Assembly (NCBI GenBank): GCA_964202905.1
Contig: CAXNJO010000016.1
Location: forward strand, 1 to 64,000
Reading direction: 5' to 3'
DNA length: 64,000 nucleotides
From: Polyangiales bacterium
GTDB taxonomy: Bacteria > Myxococcota_A > Polyangia > Polyangiales > JADJQN01
This document shows, in pieces, positions 1-10,167 of this stretch. Position numbers and translations under genes: made by a program. Under the pieces are notes generated by a model, which was given only the letters and a program-made list of their open reading frames with translations, was not told the origin of the DNA and did not search any database. Every line of letters begins with the position of its first letter. Positions within the stretch are counted from its first letter, which is position 1.

Positions 1-22
1 CACATTTCTGTAGAGGTCCCCC

Positions 23-316
23 ATGGCCATTCCCTACGTCCAGATTTCCGCCTTTGTCTCGGAAGAGACGCGCGCGCTCCTCGATGCGGCGACCGAGGCG
101 CGCGGCCTCAAGAAGGCGCACGTCATCGAGGAAGCGGTGCTGCACTATCTCCGCGCGCTCGACGAGCTCCCGAGCGACGTCATCGTCCCGAGTCGGCTCG
201 TGCTCGACGCCGCGTCGGGGCGACGCGTGGCCGAGCGCCTGATCCGCCCGCGGCCGCCCACCGCCGCGATGAAGGCGTTGATGCGGGGAGACGATGGCGA
301 AGACGTCCCTACCTGA
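23..316 (+). CDS. Antitoxin, RHH / DUF1778 (TacA/AtaR-like)
   Basis: 97 aa with an RHH-like N-terminus (VQISAFVSEETRALLDAAT) and a typical DUF1778 C-terminus (RLVLD...PRPPTAAMKALMRG); overlaps the downstream GNAT gene. Confidence 0.75.
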   Translation: MAIPYVQISAFVSEETRALLDAATEARGLKKAHVIEEAVLHYLRALDELPSDVIVPSRLVLDAASGRRVAERLIRPRPPTAAMKALMRGDDGEDVPT

Positions 317-845
317 CGCGTTCGTCGTCCGTCCGCTCACGCCGGACCACGACCGTTCCGATTTCCGCTCCGGCCAGATCGACCTCGACCGATTCTTCCA
401 ACGCTACGCAGGTCAGAACCAGTTTCGGCATCATCTCGGCACGACGTGGATCGCGGTCGAGGGCGCACGGATTCTCGGTTTCGCGACCGTGTGTGCGGCG
501 CACCTCGAGTTCGAAACGCTGCCCGCGACGCTGCGGAAGAAGCTGCCGGCGTATCCCGTACCGGTGCTGCGTCTCGCGCGTCTGGCCGTCGCAGAACACA
601 CGCGCGGCCTCGGCGTCGGACGCGCGCTGCTGCGCACGGTCTTCATTCTCGCGCACCGCATGGCGGACGACTTCGGCTGCATCGGGGTCGTCGTCGACGC
701 GAAGCCGGAGGCCAGCTCCTTCTACGAGCGACTCGGCTTCCAGTCGTTGGTGACGACGAAAGGTGCCCTCGGCGATCGCCCCGCACCGACGCCCATGTTC
801 CTCGAGTTGGCAGCGATTCCGCAGGCGCGGAAGAAGCGAGGCTGA
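294..845 (+). CDS. GNAT acetyltransferase toxin (TacT/AtaT-like)
   Basis: HDRSDFRSG..LDRFF N-terminus, YPVPVLRLARLAV, acetyl-CoA loop RGLGVGRALL, VVVDAK...FYERLGF. Confidence 0.85.
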   Translation: MAKTSLPDAFVVRPLTPDHDRSDFRSGQIDLDRFFQRYAGQNQFRHHLGTTWIAVEGARILGFATVCAAHLEFETLPATLRKKLPAYPVPVLRLARLAVAEHTRGLGVGRALLRTVFILAHRMADDFGCIGVVVDAKPEASSFYERLGFQSLVTTKGALGDRPAPTPMFLELAAIPQARKKRG

Positions 846-931
846 CACGGAGATTCGGGAACTCAGCGCGCGACGCTCGCGCGCGCATGACGGCGAATAC
901 ACCGCTCGATTCCCACTCTCGCGCAGCGCCC

Positions 932-1165
932 TCACACCAACAGCCCCGCGACGCAGGCGGTCATGTTGCTCGCGAGCATGCCGCCGAGCATCGCGCGGAG
1001 GCCGAGGCGGGCGAGGTCGCCGCGGCGCTCGGGGGCCATGGCGCCGATGCCGCCGATCTGGATGGCGATGGAGCCGAAGTTCGCGAAGCCGCAGAGCGCG
1101 TAGCTGACGATCACGGCGGCGCGGGGCGACATGGCGTGCGCGCCGTCGAGGTTCTCGGCGAGGTG
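932..1165 (-). pseudogene. Duplicated 3' fragment of the nupC gene (last 77 codons plus stop)
   Basis: 234 bp matching 2010..2243 except two synonymous third-position changes; homology stops abruptly at 1165. Confidence 0.9.
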
Positions 1166-1188
1166 ACGGTAGTCACACGCTTGCCGAT

Positions 1189-1216
1189 GCCTGACCCCGC
1201 AGGGTCGGGCTTCTTT
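1189..1216 (+). terminator. GC hairpin followed by T-rich tail (terminator-like) near the duplication junction
   Basis: GCCTGACCC-CGCA-GGGTCGGGC followed by TTCTTT. Confidence 0.45.
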
Positions 1217-1415
1217 GAAATGGAGTGAATAGGGGCGGAACCTGTCTCGTCGATGGGCGGGCTTCCTTCGCGCGCATGGCGGCCCCGCTTGATCTTCCGG
1301 GCCCGCAGTGGTCAACCTCGCGCGGCTTGTGCCGCGTCCGCCGTTCTGTTGGCCCGCCCGCTCGCGTCTCGACCATGTCCCTTCTCTGCGACACGCCCCT
1401 TTTTGGAGTCCGCCG

Positions 1416-1984
1416 ATGCACACCCTGACCACCTCGCACGTCTTCGCCGCGATCGCGCTCCTGACCGCCACGGGTTGTGGCACCACCTTCGTGAATCGCG
1501 GTCTGCACGAGCAGTCGCGCTGGATCGAAACGCAGGTCACGTCCGACGCGACCTCCGCCACCGAGCTCGAGGACGACGAGGTCTACAACTTCGACGCGTC
1601 GCTTCGAGGCGCAGGTCTCGCCGTCGACCTCCCGCGGCGCCGAGCACAATCCCGGCGGAGCGCAGCGCGCTCCCGGATCTCCACCTCTACGTGCGGATCA
1701 ACGGACAGCGCACCGAAATCGGTCAGGCCCCGAACGCGCAGACCCTCGCGACGAACTACCCGTTGCGTCTCAAGCAGGGTGACACCGTCGAAGTTCGCCT
1801 CGTGGACCGTCGCAACACCTACGTCTCGGTGCAGTACGACAGCCGACAGGTCGACGACTGGAGCGTCAACAACGTCCAGGAGACGCCGCTCTCCCAGTTC
1901 CAGTTCACGTTCGAAGGGCCGGGCCGCTACTTCTTCCATCGCGGCTACGCGCTGATGTTCATCGATTTCCGCCAGATTGAGTGA
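1416..1984 (+). pseudogene. Putative lipoprotein split by a -1 frameshift near 1631
   Basis: GGAG RBS then ATG 1416; signal peptide/lipobox (FAAIALLTATGC). The frame is protein-like to VDL at 1631, and a protein-like beta-rich frame continues one base back (PAAPSTIPAERSALPDLHLYVRING...IDFRQIE*). One C appears to be missing in CTCCCG. Confidence 0.65.
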
Positions 1985-2009
1985 TCCGGCAGGCCGCAGC
2001 GTCGCCCCC

Positions 2010-3416
2010 TCACACCAACAGCCCGGCGACGCACGCGGTCATGTTGCTCGCGAGCATGCCGCCGAGCATCGCGCGGAGGCCGAGGCGGGCGAGGTCGCCG
2101 CGGCGCTCGGGGGCCATGGCGCCGATGCCGCCGATCTGGATGGCGATGGAGCCGAAGTTCGCGAAGCCGCAGAGCGCGTAGCTGACGATCACGGCGGCGC
2201 GGGGCGACATGGCGTGCGCGCCGTCGAGGTTCTCGGCGAGGTGGAGGAAGGCGACGAACTCGTTGAGGACGGTCTTCTCGCCGAGGAGCGTGGCGACCGA
2301 GGTGCAGTCGGCGAGGGGCACGCCCATCGCGAGCGCGAAGGGCCAGAACACCCAGCCGAGCACGCGCTGGATCGAGAAGGGCGTCCACGGCGCGAGGCCG
2401 CTCACGCCCGCGTCACGCGCCTGCGCGAGGCAGCCGAGCAGGGCGTCGGCCTTGGGCTGCGCGCAGCCTTCGGGGATCGCCGTGCCCGCCTCACGCAGCG
2501 CCCGCACCGCGCGCGCCCACTCGTCGCCGTTGTGCCACTCGGCGGGCAGGCCGAGCAGCGCGTTCGCCATCGCGACGAGCGCGATGAAGGCGACGAGCAT
2601 CGCCGCGACGTTCACCGCGAGCTGCACGCCTTCCGTCGCGCCCGCGGCGGCCGCGTCGACGAGGTTCGCGTGGAGTTTGTCGTTCGGGAGCGAGAGCGAG
2701 CCCGAGGTCTTCGGCGTCTCGCGCTCGGGGACCATCACCTTGGCGATGAGCAGCGAGGCGGGCGCGCTCATCACCGAACACGCGAGCAGATGCCCCGCGA
2801 TGTCGGGGAAGTGCGCGTGCAACAAACCCACGTACGCCGCGAGCACCCCGCCCGCGACCGACGCAAAGCCACCGACCATCACCGCCATCAGCTCCGAGCG
2901 CGTCATCGTGCCGACGAAGGGCTTCACGACGAGCGGCGCCTCCGTCTGACCGACGAAGATGTTGGCGGCGGCCGCGAGCGTCTCGGCCCCCGAGGTGCGC
3001 ATCGTGCGCTGCATCGTCCACGCGAAGGCGCGCACGATCCCCTGCATCAGCCCGAGGTGATAGGCGATCGTCATCAACGTCGAGAAGAAGATGATCGTCG
3101 GCAACACGTTGAGCGCGACGGAGAAGTGGTCATCCAAGAAGTCGCCAAAGAGAAAGCGACTCCCCTCCGCCGTGAAATCGAGCAGCCGCACGAACACATC
3201 GTTGAGCCAGGAGAAGACCTTCAATCCCACGGACGTCTTCAACACCACGACGCCAAACCCCAATTGCAGCGCCGTCCCCCAAAGCACCACGCGCGTGGGA
3301 AACGCCCGCCTGTCACTCGAGACGAGCCACGCCACGAACACCATGAACCCGAGCCCGAGGAACGAAATCCCCCGGAGCCAGAGCGGAACCGAAGCATTCG
3401 CGAGCGCGTGATCCAC
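2010..3416 (-). CDS. nupC: NupC/CNT family Na+/H+ nucleoside symporter
   Basis: Motifs VLPTIIFFS, SGAETL, NIFVGQTEAPL, GGFASVAGGVL, GEKTVLNEFVAF, YALCGFANFGSIAIQIGG; GTG start at 3416 inferred. Confidence 0.93.
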   Translation of the reverse strand: MDHALANASVPLWLRGISFLGLGFMVFVAWLVSSDRRAFPTRVVLWGTALQLGFGVVVLKTSVGLKVFSWLNDVFVRLLDFTAEGSRFLFGDFLDDHFSVALNVLPTIIFFSTLMTIAYHLGLMQGIVRAFAWTMQRTMRTSGAETLAAAANIFVGQTEAPLVVKPFVGTMTRSELMAVMVGGFASVAGGVLAAYVGLLHAHFPDIAGHLLACSVMSAPASLLIAKVMVPERETPKTSGSLSLPNDKLHANLVDAAAAGATEGVQLAVNVAAMLVAFIALVAMANALLGLPAEWHNGDEWARAVRALREAGTAIPEGCAQPKADALLGCLAQARDAGVSGLAPWTPFSIQRVLGWVFWPFALAMGVPLADCTSVATLLGEKTVLNEFVAFLHLAENLDGAHAMSPRAAVIVSYALCGFANFGSIAIQIGGIGAMAPERRGDLARLGLRAMLGGMLASNMTACVAGLLV

Positions 3417-3499
3417 GTCGCCAGCAGACCACACCCGCCCCACCGCCGTCACGCCTGCCCGACACCGTGCTCTCCATCCAAAAACAAAACCGTGAAGGC

Positions 3500-3714
3500 G
3501 CCTCCCCGACCGCAGCCCGTCCCACCGGCGGCCACCAGTCGCCCCGCCCCGAAAACTCCCCTCCCCGATCGACACGCCCGCTCTCTGGCCCCCCGCACAT
3601 CAAAGCCGCGAAGCTGCCTCCCCGACCGCAGCCCGTCCCACCGGCGGCCACCTGCCGCGCCGCCCCGAAAACTCCCCTCCCTCCCGCGGGAGGGAGGGGC
3701 TGGGGGTGGGCGGG
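3500..3714. repeat. Two direct copies (3500-3565 partial, 3616-3714) of a REP-like element
   Basis: Shared GCCTCCCCGACCGCAGCCCGTCCCACCGGCGGCCACC...CGCCCCGAAAACTCCCCTCCC; the second copy has a perfect 26-bp palindrome at 3674-3699. Confidence 0.85.
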
Positions 3715-3899
3715 CGCGCCGCAGGCCCCACCCACCCCGCGAACCTCATTCGACCATTCTCCAAAACCGAATCCTCCAGCTTGCCACGAATCGTAGAATT
3801 TTGCCACTCACAGCTACGCCCGAGCACCGCACGCCGCAACGCGCCAAATCGCCCAATTTTTCAAACAAATCCGACGTTCGACGCCGTCCAGAGAGGGTC

Positions 3900-3915
3900 T
3901 GGCCCAGCGCGTGCT
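3900..3915 (+). promoter_or_regulatory. Candidate sigma54 -24/-12 promoter
   Basis: TGGCCCAGCGCGTGCT has exact GG-N10-GC spacing, shortly upstream of the GGAGG RBS and ATG 3942. Confidence 0.5.
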
Positions 3916-3941
3916 TGAAGAGGGCCGCAGGAGGCCCTCGC

Positions 3942-4733
3942 ATGACGCCACGCACGACCGACCACAGCGTCCTCACCGCCCTCACCGAGCTCCGCGCGCT
4001 CGAAGCACAGCGCATCGCCGACGAGCACGCCGAAGCCGCTCGACGCGTCGCCGCGCAACAAAGCACCGAAGCCCACGCCCGTGCCGAGGCCGAGGAGGCA
4101 CGCCGCCGCGCAGAGGCCGCCGCGCAGCGCCGCGACGACGACGAGGCCCGGGCGCGCGATGCGGAGGCCGTGCGCCGCGTGGCCGCCCTGCGCGCCGAGC
4201 TCGACGCGGTGCAGGCCGATCGCGCGCGGCTGCACGGCGCGATGCTGGCTGCCGTGCAGGACGCACCGACGCCGAGTGCGGGCGGGATGCGCGGGGCGAC
4301 GGCGCTCTTCGCGGGGTGCGCGCTGCTCGCGGCGGGGCTGGCGGTGGGGCTGGCGATGCGGCCTGCGGCCGGGGGCTCCGTCATGCCGACGGCGGCCGTG
4401 GAGTCGGTGTCTGCGACGCGGGCGTCTGCGACGCGGGGGTCTGCGACGACTTTGCCTGCGGCGGCGGCGGACGCGACGAGCGCTGATTCTCGAGGTGCGG
4501 TGTCCGTCGCTGACGAACGCGCTGCGCGCGGCGATGAACGGGATTCAGCGGCTGTGCGGGTGGCGCCGCGGGCGAGCGTGGAGGAGCGGCGGAATGGGCG
4601 TCAGCGGGATCTGCGAGATGCGCGGGAGCGGCGTGATCGGGAGCGCGGTGGTGAAGAGCGCGGGCGTGGCGGCGGGCGTGGAGATGGGTTGGAGTTGGAG
4701 TGTGATGAGGATGATCCGACTTGTGGAATGTGA
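3942..4733 (+). CDS. Hypothetical coiled-coil single-pass membrane protein with C-terminal CxxxDPxCG motif
   Basis: GGAGG RBS; SVLTALTELRALEAQRI start, charged coiled coil, one TM helix, low-complexity linker, ends CDEDDPTCGM. Confidence 0.7.
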   Translation: MTPRTTDHSVLTALTELRALEAQRIADEHAEAARRVAAQQSTEAHARAEAEEARRRAEAAAQRRDDDEARARDAEAVRRVAALRAELDAVQADRARLHGAMLAAVQDAPTPSAGGMRGATALFAGCALLAAGLAVGLAMRPAAGGSVMPTAAVESVSATRASATRGSATTLPAAAADATSADSRGAVSVADERAARGDERDSAAVRVAPRASVEERRNGRQRDLRDARERRDRERGGEERGRGGGRGDGLELECDEDDPTCGM

Positions 4734-4738
4734 GATTT

Positions 4739-4837
4739 CCCGCCCTCCCCCAGCCCCTCCCTCCCGCGGGAGGGAGGGGAGTTTTCGGGGCGGCACGACA
4801 GGGGGCCGCCCGTGGACGAGGGCGGTGGCGGGTGGGG
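4739..4837. repeat. Inverted copy of the REP-like element
   Basis: 4739-4794 is the reverse complement of 3659-3714 with one mismatch; palindrome at 4754-4779; degenerate similarity continues to ~4837. Confidence 0.85.
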
Positions 4838-4930
4838 ATTCCTTGGAAGCGGTGGTTGGGAGCGAGATGAGGGAGGTTGAGGAATACGGTGTTGGGGGCG
4901 GAGTTGGGAAATGGATTCTTGGGGGAGGAA

Positions 4931-5521
4931 CTAGGGATTGCGGGCGATGCGGAAGAGGGATTCGAGCATGTGGTAGGTGAGGCCCCACACGATGCGGTCG
5001 CCGACGCGGTGAGCGGGGAGGTCGTAGCGGACGGTGCCGTGGGTGTACGGGTAGGTCGTGCGGGATTCGCCGCGGTAGAGGGGGAGGACGGGTGTCCAGA
5101 GGGCTTCGGCGACTTCGTCTGCGCCGGGGGCGAGCGGCGCGTCGGCGTGCAGGGCGAAGACGTAGGGGGCGATCACCATGCCGACGCGCTGGCCACGGGC
5201 GACGGCGTCGACGTCGTCGAGGCGGCCGAGGAGGCGCGCGTGCGAGGCGAGGTCGAGGCCCACTTCTTCGCGCGTTTCGCGGAGCGCGGTGGCGAGGAGA
5301 TCGGCGTCGTTCGGCTCGCGGCGACCGCCGGGGAAGGCCATGTGCCCCGACCACGGATCGCCCGCGCGCTCGGCCCGGCGAATCAGGAGCACCTCGGGCC
5401 CGAGCGCCGGATCGCGCTCACGCAGCACCGCGGCGACGGCCGCCTGACGCCCGCTCTCCGTGCCGACGACGGGCGCCCGCGACGCGAGCCGCGCACCGAG
5501 CTCTGCGAGGGACTGCACCAT
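4931..5521 (-). CDS. Nudix hydrolase, CoA pyrophosphatase type
   Basis: LLIRRA...WSGHMAFPGGRRE (NuCoA motif), Nudix box TALRETREEVG, IVWGLT. Confidence 0.9.
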   Translation of the reverse strand: MVQSLAELGARLASRAPVVGTESGRQAAVAAVLRERDPALGPEVLLIRRAERAGDPWSGHMAFPGGRREPNDADLLATALRETREEVGLDLASHARLLGRLDDVDAVARGQRVGMVIAPYVFALHADAPLAPGADEVAEALWTPVLPLYRGESRTTYPYTHGTVRYDLPAHRVGDRIVWGLTYHMLESLFRIARNP

Positions 5522-5578
5522 GCCCGCGAAAGCTTGTCCCCGCAGCGCGGGGCGTCAACGGCGCAGCGGGGGCCCGGG

Positions 5579-5908
5579 CTACCCCTGCGCGTCGTGGCGC
5601 AGCGCGTGGGCGAAGGCGCGCACATCGGTATCGAAGTCACGGGCGGCGACGAGGGCGTCGCGGGCGACTTCGTCGACGCGATCGAAGTTGGGCTCGGTAC
5701 CGTAGTCGTGACGCGCGAAGTGGCGGAAGCGGCGCAGGGCGTCGAGGCCGTCGCGGGTCTGCGGGCGGAGGATCGCAGGGCGCACGCCGTCGATCGCGAC
5801 CGCGGCCGCCGTGAGCGTCTCGCGGTGGTGGTGCGCGCACGCCGGCTCGCTCTCGAGCACGCTCGCGAGGCGCTTCAACGCCGTCGCGGCGACGTCAGCC
5901 GGAGACAT
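5579..5908 (-). pseudogene. HEPN (HepT-like) RNase toxin, apparently short at the N-terminus
   Basis: GVRPAIL...LDALRRFRHFARHDY carries the R-X4-H motif; only 109 aa; lies directly downstream of an MNT gene. Confidence 0.6.
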
Positions 5909-6243
5909 GCGGCAGCTCCACACCGAAGGCGATCTCGGCGCGGAGGCTCGGGCGGGGCGTCCTCCCAGCGCACGAGATCGACCTGCGCTTCGGTCACCGC
6001 GTCGAGGCATGCGTGCGCGCACGCTCGAAATACCGAAGGTTCGAGGCCCTCGACGCTGAGATCGATGTCACTTTCGGTGCGCGGGCGGCCGCCCAGCGCG
6101 AGCGAGCCGAAGAGCACGACGCGTCGCGCACCGCGCTCGTGGAGCATCCGCGCAAGACGCGGCAGCTCCGCACGGAGCCGCTCGGCACGCGCGAACGCAT
6201 CCTGCTCGGCGGCAGCAAAGCGGCGGGCGAGGTGGGCGCGCAT
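5875..6243 (-). CDS. Minimal nucleotidyltransferase (MNT) antitoxin, with a probable late frameshift
   Basis: VVLFGSLA...ESDIDLSVEG and VDLVRWEDAP; a family-like ending (SLRAEIAFGVEL) lies in another frame after ~5950. Confidence 0.75.
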   Translation of the reverse strand: MRAHLARRFAAAEQDAFARAERLRAELPRLARMLHERGARRVVLFGSLALGGRPRTESDIDLSVEGLEPSVFRACAHACLDAVTEAQVDLVRWEDAPPEPPRRDRLRCGAAACLRLTSPRRR

Positions 6244-6294
6244 GCGAGGAACCTTGATGCGCGGCGCCGCGGCCCGCTACGCGCGGGACCGCGT

Positions 6295-7638
6295 TTATTC
6301 GTCGAGCAGCGTGGCCGTGGAACCGAGCGCGCGAGCGATGGCGGCGGTGCGCTCGGCATAGAGCGGGTGGTGCGCGGCGCGCTCGGGATCGGCGCGGAGG
6401 GCGGCGAGCGGGGCCACGAAGATGTCGTTGCGGAAGTCGGTGACGCCGAAGCGCTCGAGCCAGTTGTTGTGCGTGAAGAGCGGGACCGCGGCGTGCGTGG
6501 TGATGTGCATGCGGCCGTCGTCGCCGCGCGTGAGCACGACGCGCACGAGGGCGCCGTCACGCGTCTCGCCGCGCGCCTCGGCGCTGCCGGGCTCGACGGG
6601 CTCGAGGCCGCCGCGCTTGTACTTAAGGCCCTGGTTCGAGAGGAGGTTGCCGAGCGAGTGCGCGACCACGCAGTCGCCCTGCCGCACGATCGGCTGGAGC
6701 ACGTGCGGGTGCGAGCCCGCGACGAGGTGCGCGCCCGCGGCGCAGAGCGCGCGCGCCGTGCGGTTCTGGAAGGGCGTGGGCTCGGTGGCGAGCTCCCAGC
6801 CCCAGTGCATCGCGACGACGACGACGTCGTGCGTCGCCGCGGCGTCGCGCACGAGCGCGAGGTCCGGCTCGCCACGCCAGAGCGCGACCTGCGGGGCGTC
6901 TGCGCGCAGGCGCTTCGCGAAGTCGTCGGCGTTGACCGTCTCGGTGAAGGCGAGCAGCGCGACGCGTACGCCCTCGCGCGTGACGATCGTGCGCGCTGCG
7001 CGCGCCGCCTCCGCCGAAGGACCGCCGCCGACGGCGACGAGTTGTGCGGCCTCGACCGCCGCGCGCGTCTCCTCGATGCCGCGCACCGTCTGGTCGAAGG
7101 CGTGGTTGTTCGCGAGGACGGCCGCGTGGAATCCGGCGGATTTCAGGGCCGCGGCGGCCTCGGGCGGGCCGTTCAGGATCGCAGGTGCCGATGCGATCGG
7201 GTTGCGGAGCGTGGCGAGCGGCGTCTCGAGATTGACGAGGTTGACGTCGCCCTTCGCGAGCACCGGCGCGAGGCGCTCGGTCAGGTACGCGTAGCCGCCG
7301 TGGAAGCTGGCGCTCTCCTGCACCCGCGCGTGAAGCAGATAGTCGCCGGCGGCCTGCAGCGTCACCGTCGCGCCGGGGCGTGGCGTGGTCGCGGCGGGCG
7401 CAGCCGCAGGGGCCATGGGCGGCGGATTCGTGGCGCGCGCGGGGGGCGCCTGCGCGTCCGGGGCCGCGCGGCGCGCGGCGGCGCGTGGCGGTGCGGTGAC
7501 GTGCGCGAGCGTCGCGCCTGCGAGGGGCGCGACGAGCAGCGACGCGGCGAAGAGCAGCGTGCGCGCGCGGGGGGCGCGCGGCGTGCGGAGAGGCGTGACG
7601 GGCGCGGCGAGCGCACCGGCCGAGGACGCGAGACCCAT
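6295..7638 (-). CDS. CapA family (PGA_cap) metallophosphoesterase-fold protein
   Basis: [43 protein letters not shown]-terminal TM/signal segment; start approximate. Confidence 0.88.
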   Translation of the reverse strand: MGLASSAGALAAPVTPLRTPRAPRARTLLFAASLLVAPLAGATLAHVTAPPRAAARRAAPDAQAPPARATNPPPMAPAAAPAATTPRPGATVTLQAAGDYLLHARVQESASFHGGYAYLTERLAPVLAKGDVNLVNLETPLATLRNPIASAPAILNGPPEAAAALKSAGFHAAVLANNHAFDQTVRGIEETRAAVEAAQLVAVGGGPSAEAARAARTIVTREGVRVALLAFTETVNADDFAKRLRADAPQVALWRGEPDLALVRDAAATHDVVVVAMHWGWELATEPTPFQNRTARALCAAGAHLVAGSHPHVLQPIVRQGDCVVAHSLGNLLSNQGLKYKRGGLEPVEPGSAEARGETRDGALVRVVLTRGDDGRMHITTHAAVPLFTHNNWLERFGVTDFRNDIFVAPLAALRADPERAAHHPLYAERTAAIARALGSTATLLDE

Positions 7639-7736
7639 GCGCGCACGGTGCGACGGGCACGCGCGAGGGGTCAAAAAAGCGGGGTATTTCATGGGGCGTG
7701 AGGGCGCTGCGTTCTCTGCTACCGTCGCGCCCCGTC

Positions 7737-9061
<1,325 letters not shown>

Positions 9062-9065
<4 letters not shown>

Positions 9066-10027
9066 CCGTCTCCGCCGACACGCTGCGCGCGGGGCTCGCG
9101 CTCACGCTCGATCACACGGATCTCGACGCGCTCGGCACCAAGTACGAGGGCAAGGTCCGCGACAACTACACGACGCGCGACGGGCGCCGGTTCCTCGTCA
9201 CGACCGACCGCATCAGCGCGTTCGACCGCGTGCTCGGGACGCTGCCCTTCAAGGGTCAGGTGCTCAACGGCATCGCCGCGTGGTGGTTCGACCAGACGAA
9301 GGACGTCGCGCCGAACCACGTGATCGACGTGCCCGACCCGAACGTGCTCGTCGGCGTCGAGTGCGAGCCGCTCCCCGTCGAGATGGTCGTGCGCGCCTAC
9401 CTCACCGGCGTCACCTCGACGAGCATCTGGACGCACTATGCGCGCGGCGAGCGCGACTTCTGCGGGCACCGCCTGCCGGACGGGCTCGCGAAGCACGCGA
9501 AGCTCCCCGCGCCGATCCTCACCCCGAGCACCAAGGCGGAGAAGCACGGCCACGACGTGAGCGCCTCGCGCGCGGAGATCCTCGCGATGGGCCGCGTGAG
9601 CGCGCGGGACTTCGACGCGGCCGCGGAGATCGCGATGGCGCTCTTCGCGCGGGGCCAGCAGCTCTGCGCCGAGCGCGGGCTCATCCTCGTCGACACCAAG
9701 TACGAGCTCGGCAAGACGAAGGACGGCACCATCGTCGTCATCGACGAGATCCACACGCCGGACTCGTCGCGCTTCTGGTACGCGTCGACCTACGCGCAGC
9801 GCCTCGCGCAGGGCAGCGACCCGGAGTCCTTCGACAAGGAGTACGTGCGCCGCTGGCTCGCCGCGCAGGGCTACACGGGCGACGGCCCGCAGCCACCGCT
9901 CACGGACGAGGTGCGCATCGAGGCGTCGCGCCGCTACATCGAGGCCTGCGACACGATCCGCGGCACCGCCTTCGTGCCCGATCTCTCCGACCCGCTGCCG
10001 CGGATCCGCAAGAATCTCGGCCTCTGA
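9062..10027 (+). CDS. purC: SAICAR synthetase
   Basis: [58 protein letters not shown] overlap with purB. Confidence 0.96.
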
Positions 10028-10167
10028 CGCGACGCGTCATAGCCATTCGCGTCATCCCCGCACAGCCCGCAACAGGTCAGTTGTCGTGGTGGCAGTGTGG
10101 GAATCGCGATTCCCCTCCATCGGGCCCGTGACGGAGGCCTGAGGGAGTGGTGTCGCGGCGACTCGGG

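Noticed and set aside
1977..3941. N-terminal 655 codons of the 918-aa ORF 1977..4733
   Set aside because: Antisense shadow of nupC plus repeat DNA; the real gene starts at ATG 3942 behind a GGAGG RBS
6295..7638. Poly-gamma-glutamate capsule locus
   Set aside because: Only a CapA-family gene is present, without capB/capC; stand-alone CapA homologues are common
10099..10114. 16-bp palindrome GGGAATCGCGATTCCC and a 22-codon minus-strand ORF between purC and the kinase gene
   Set aside because: Lies between convergent genes, so most simply a terminator-type hairpin; no support for the micro-ORF
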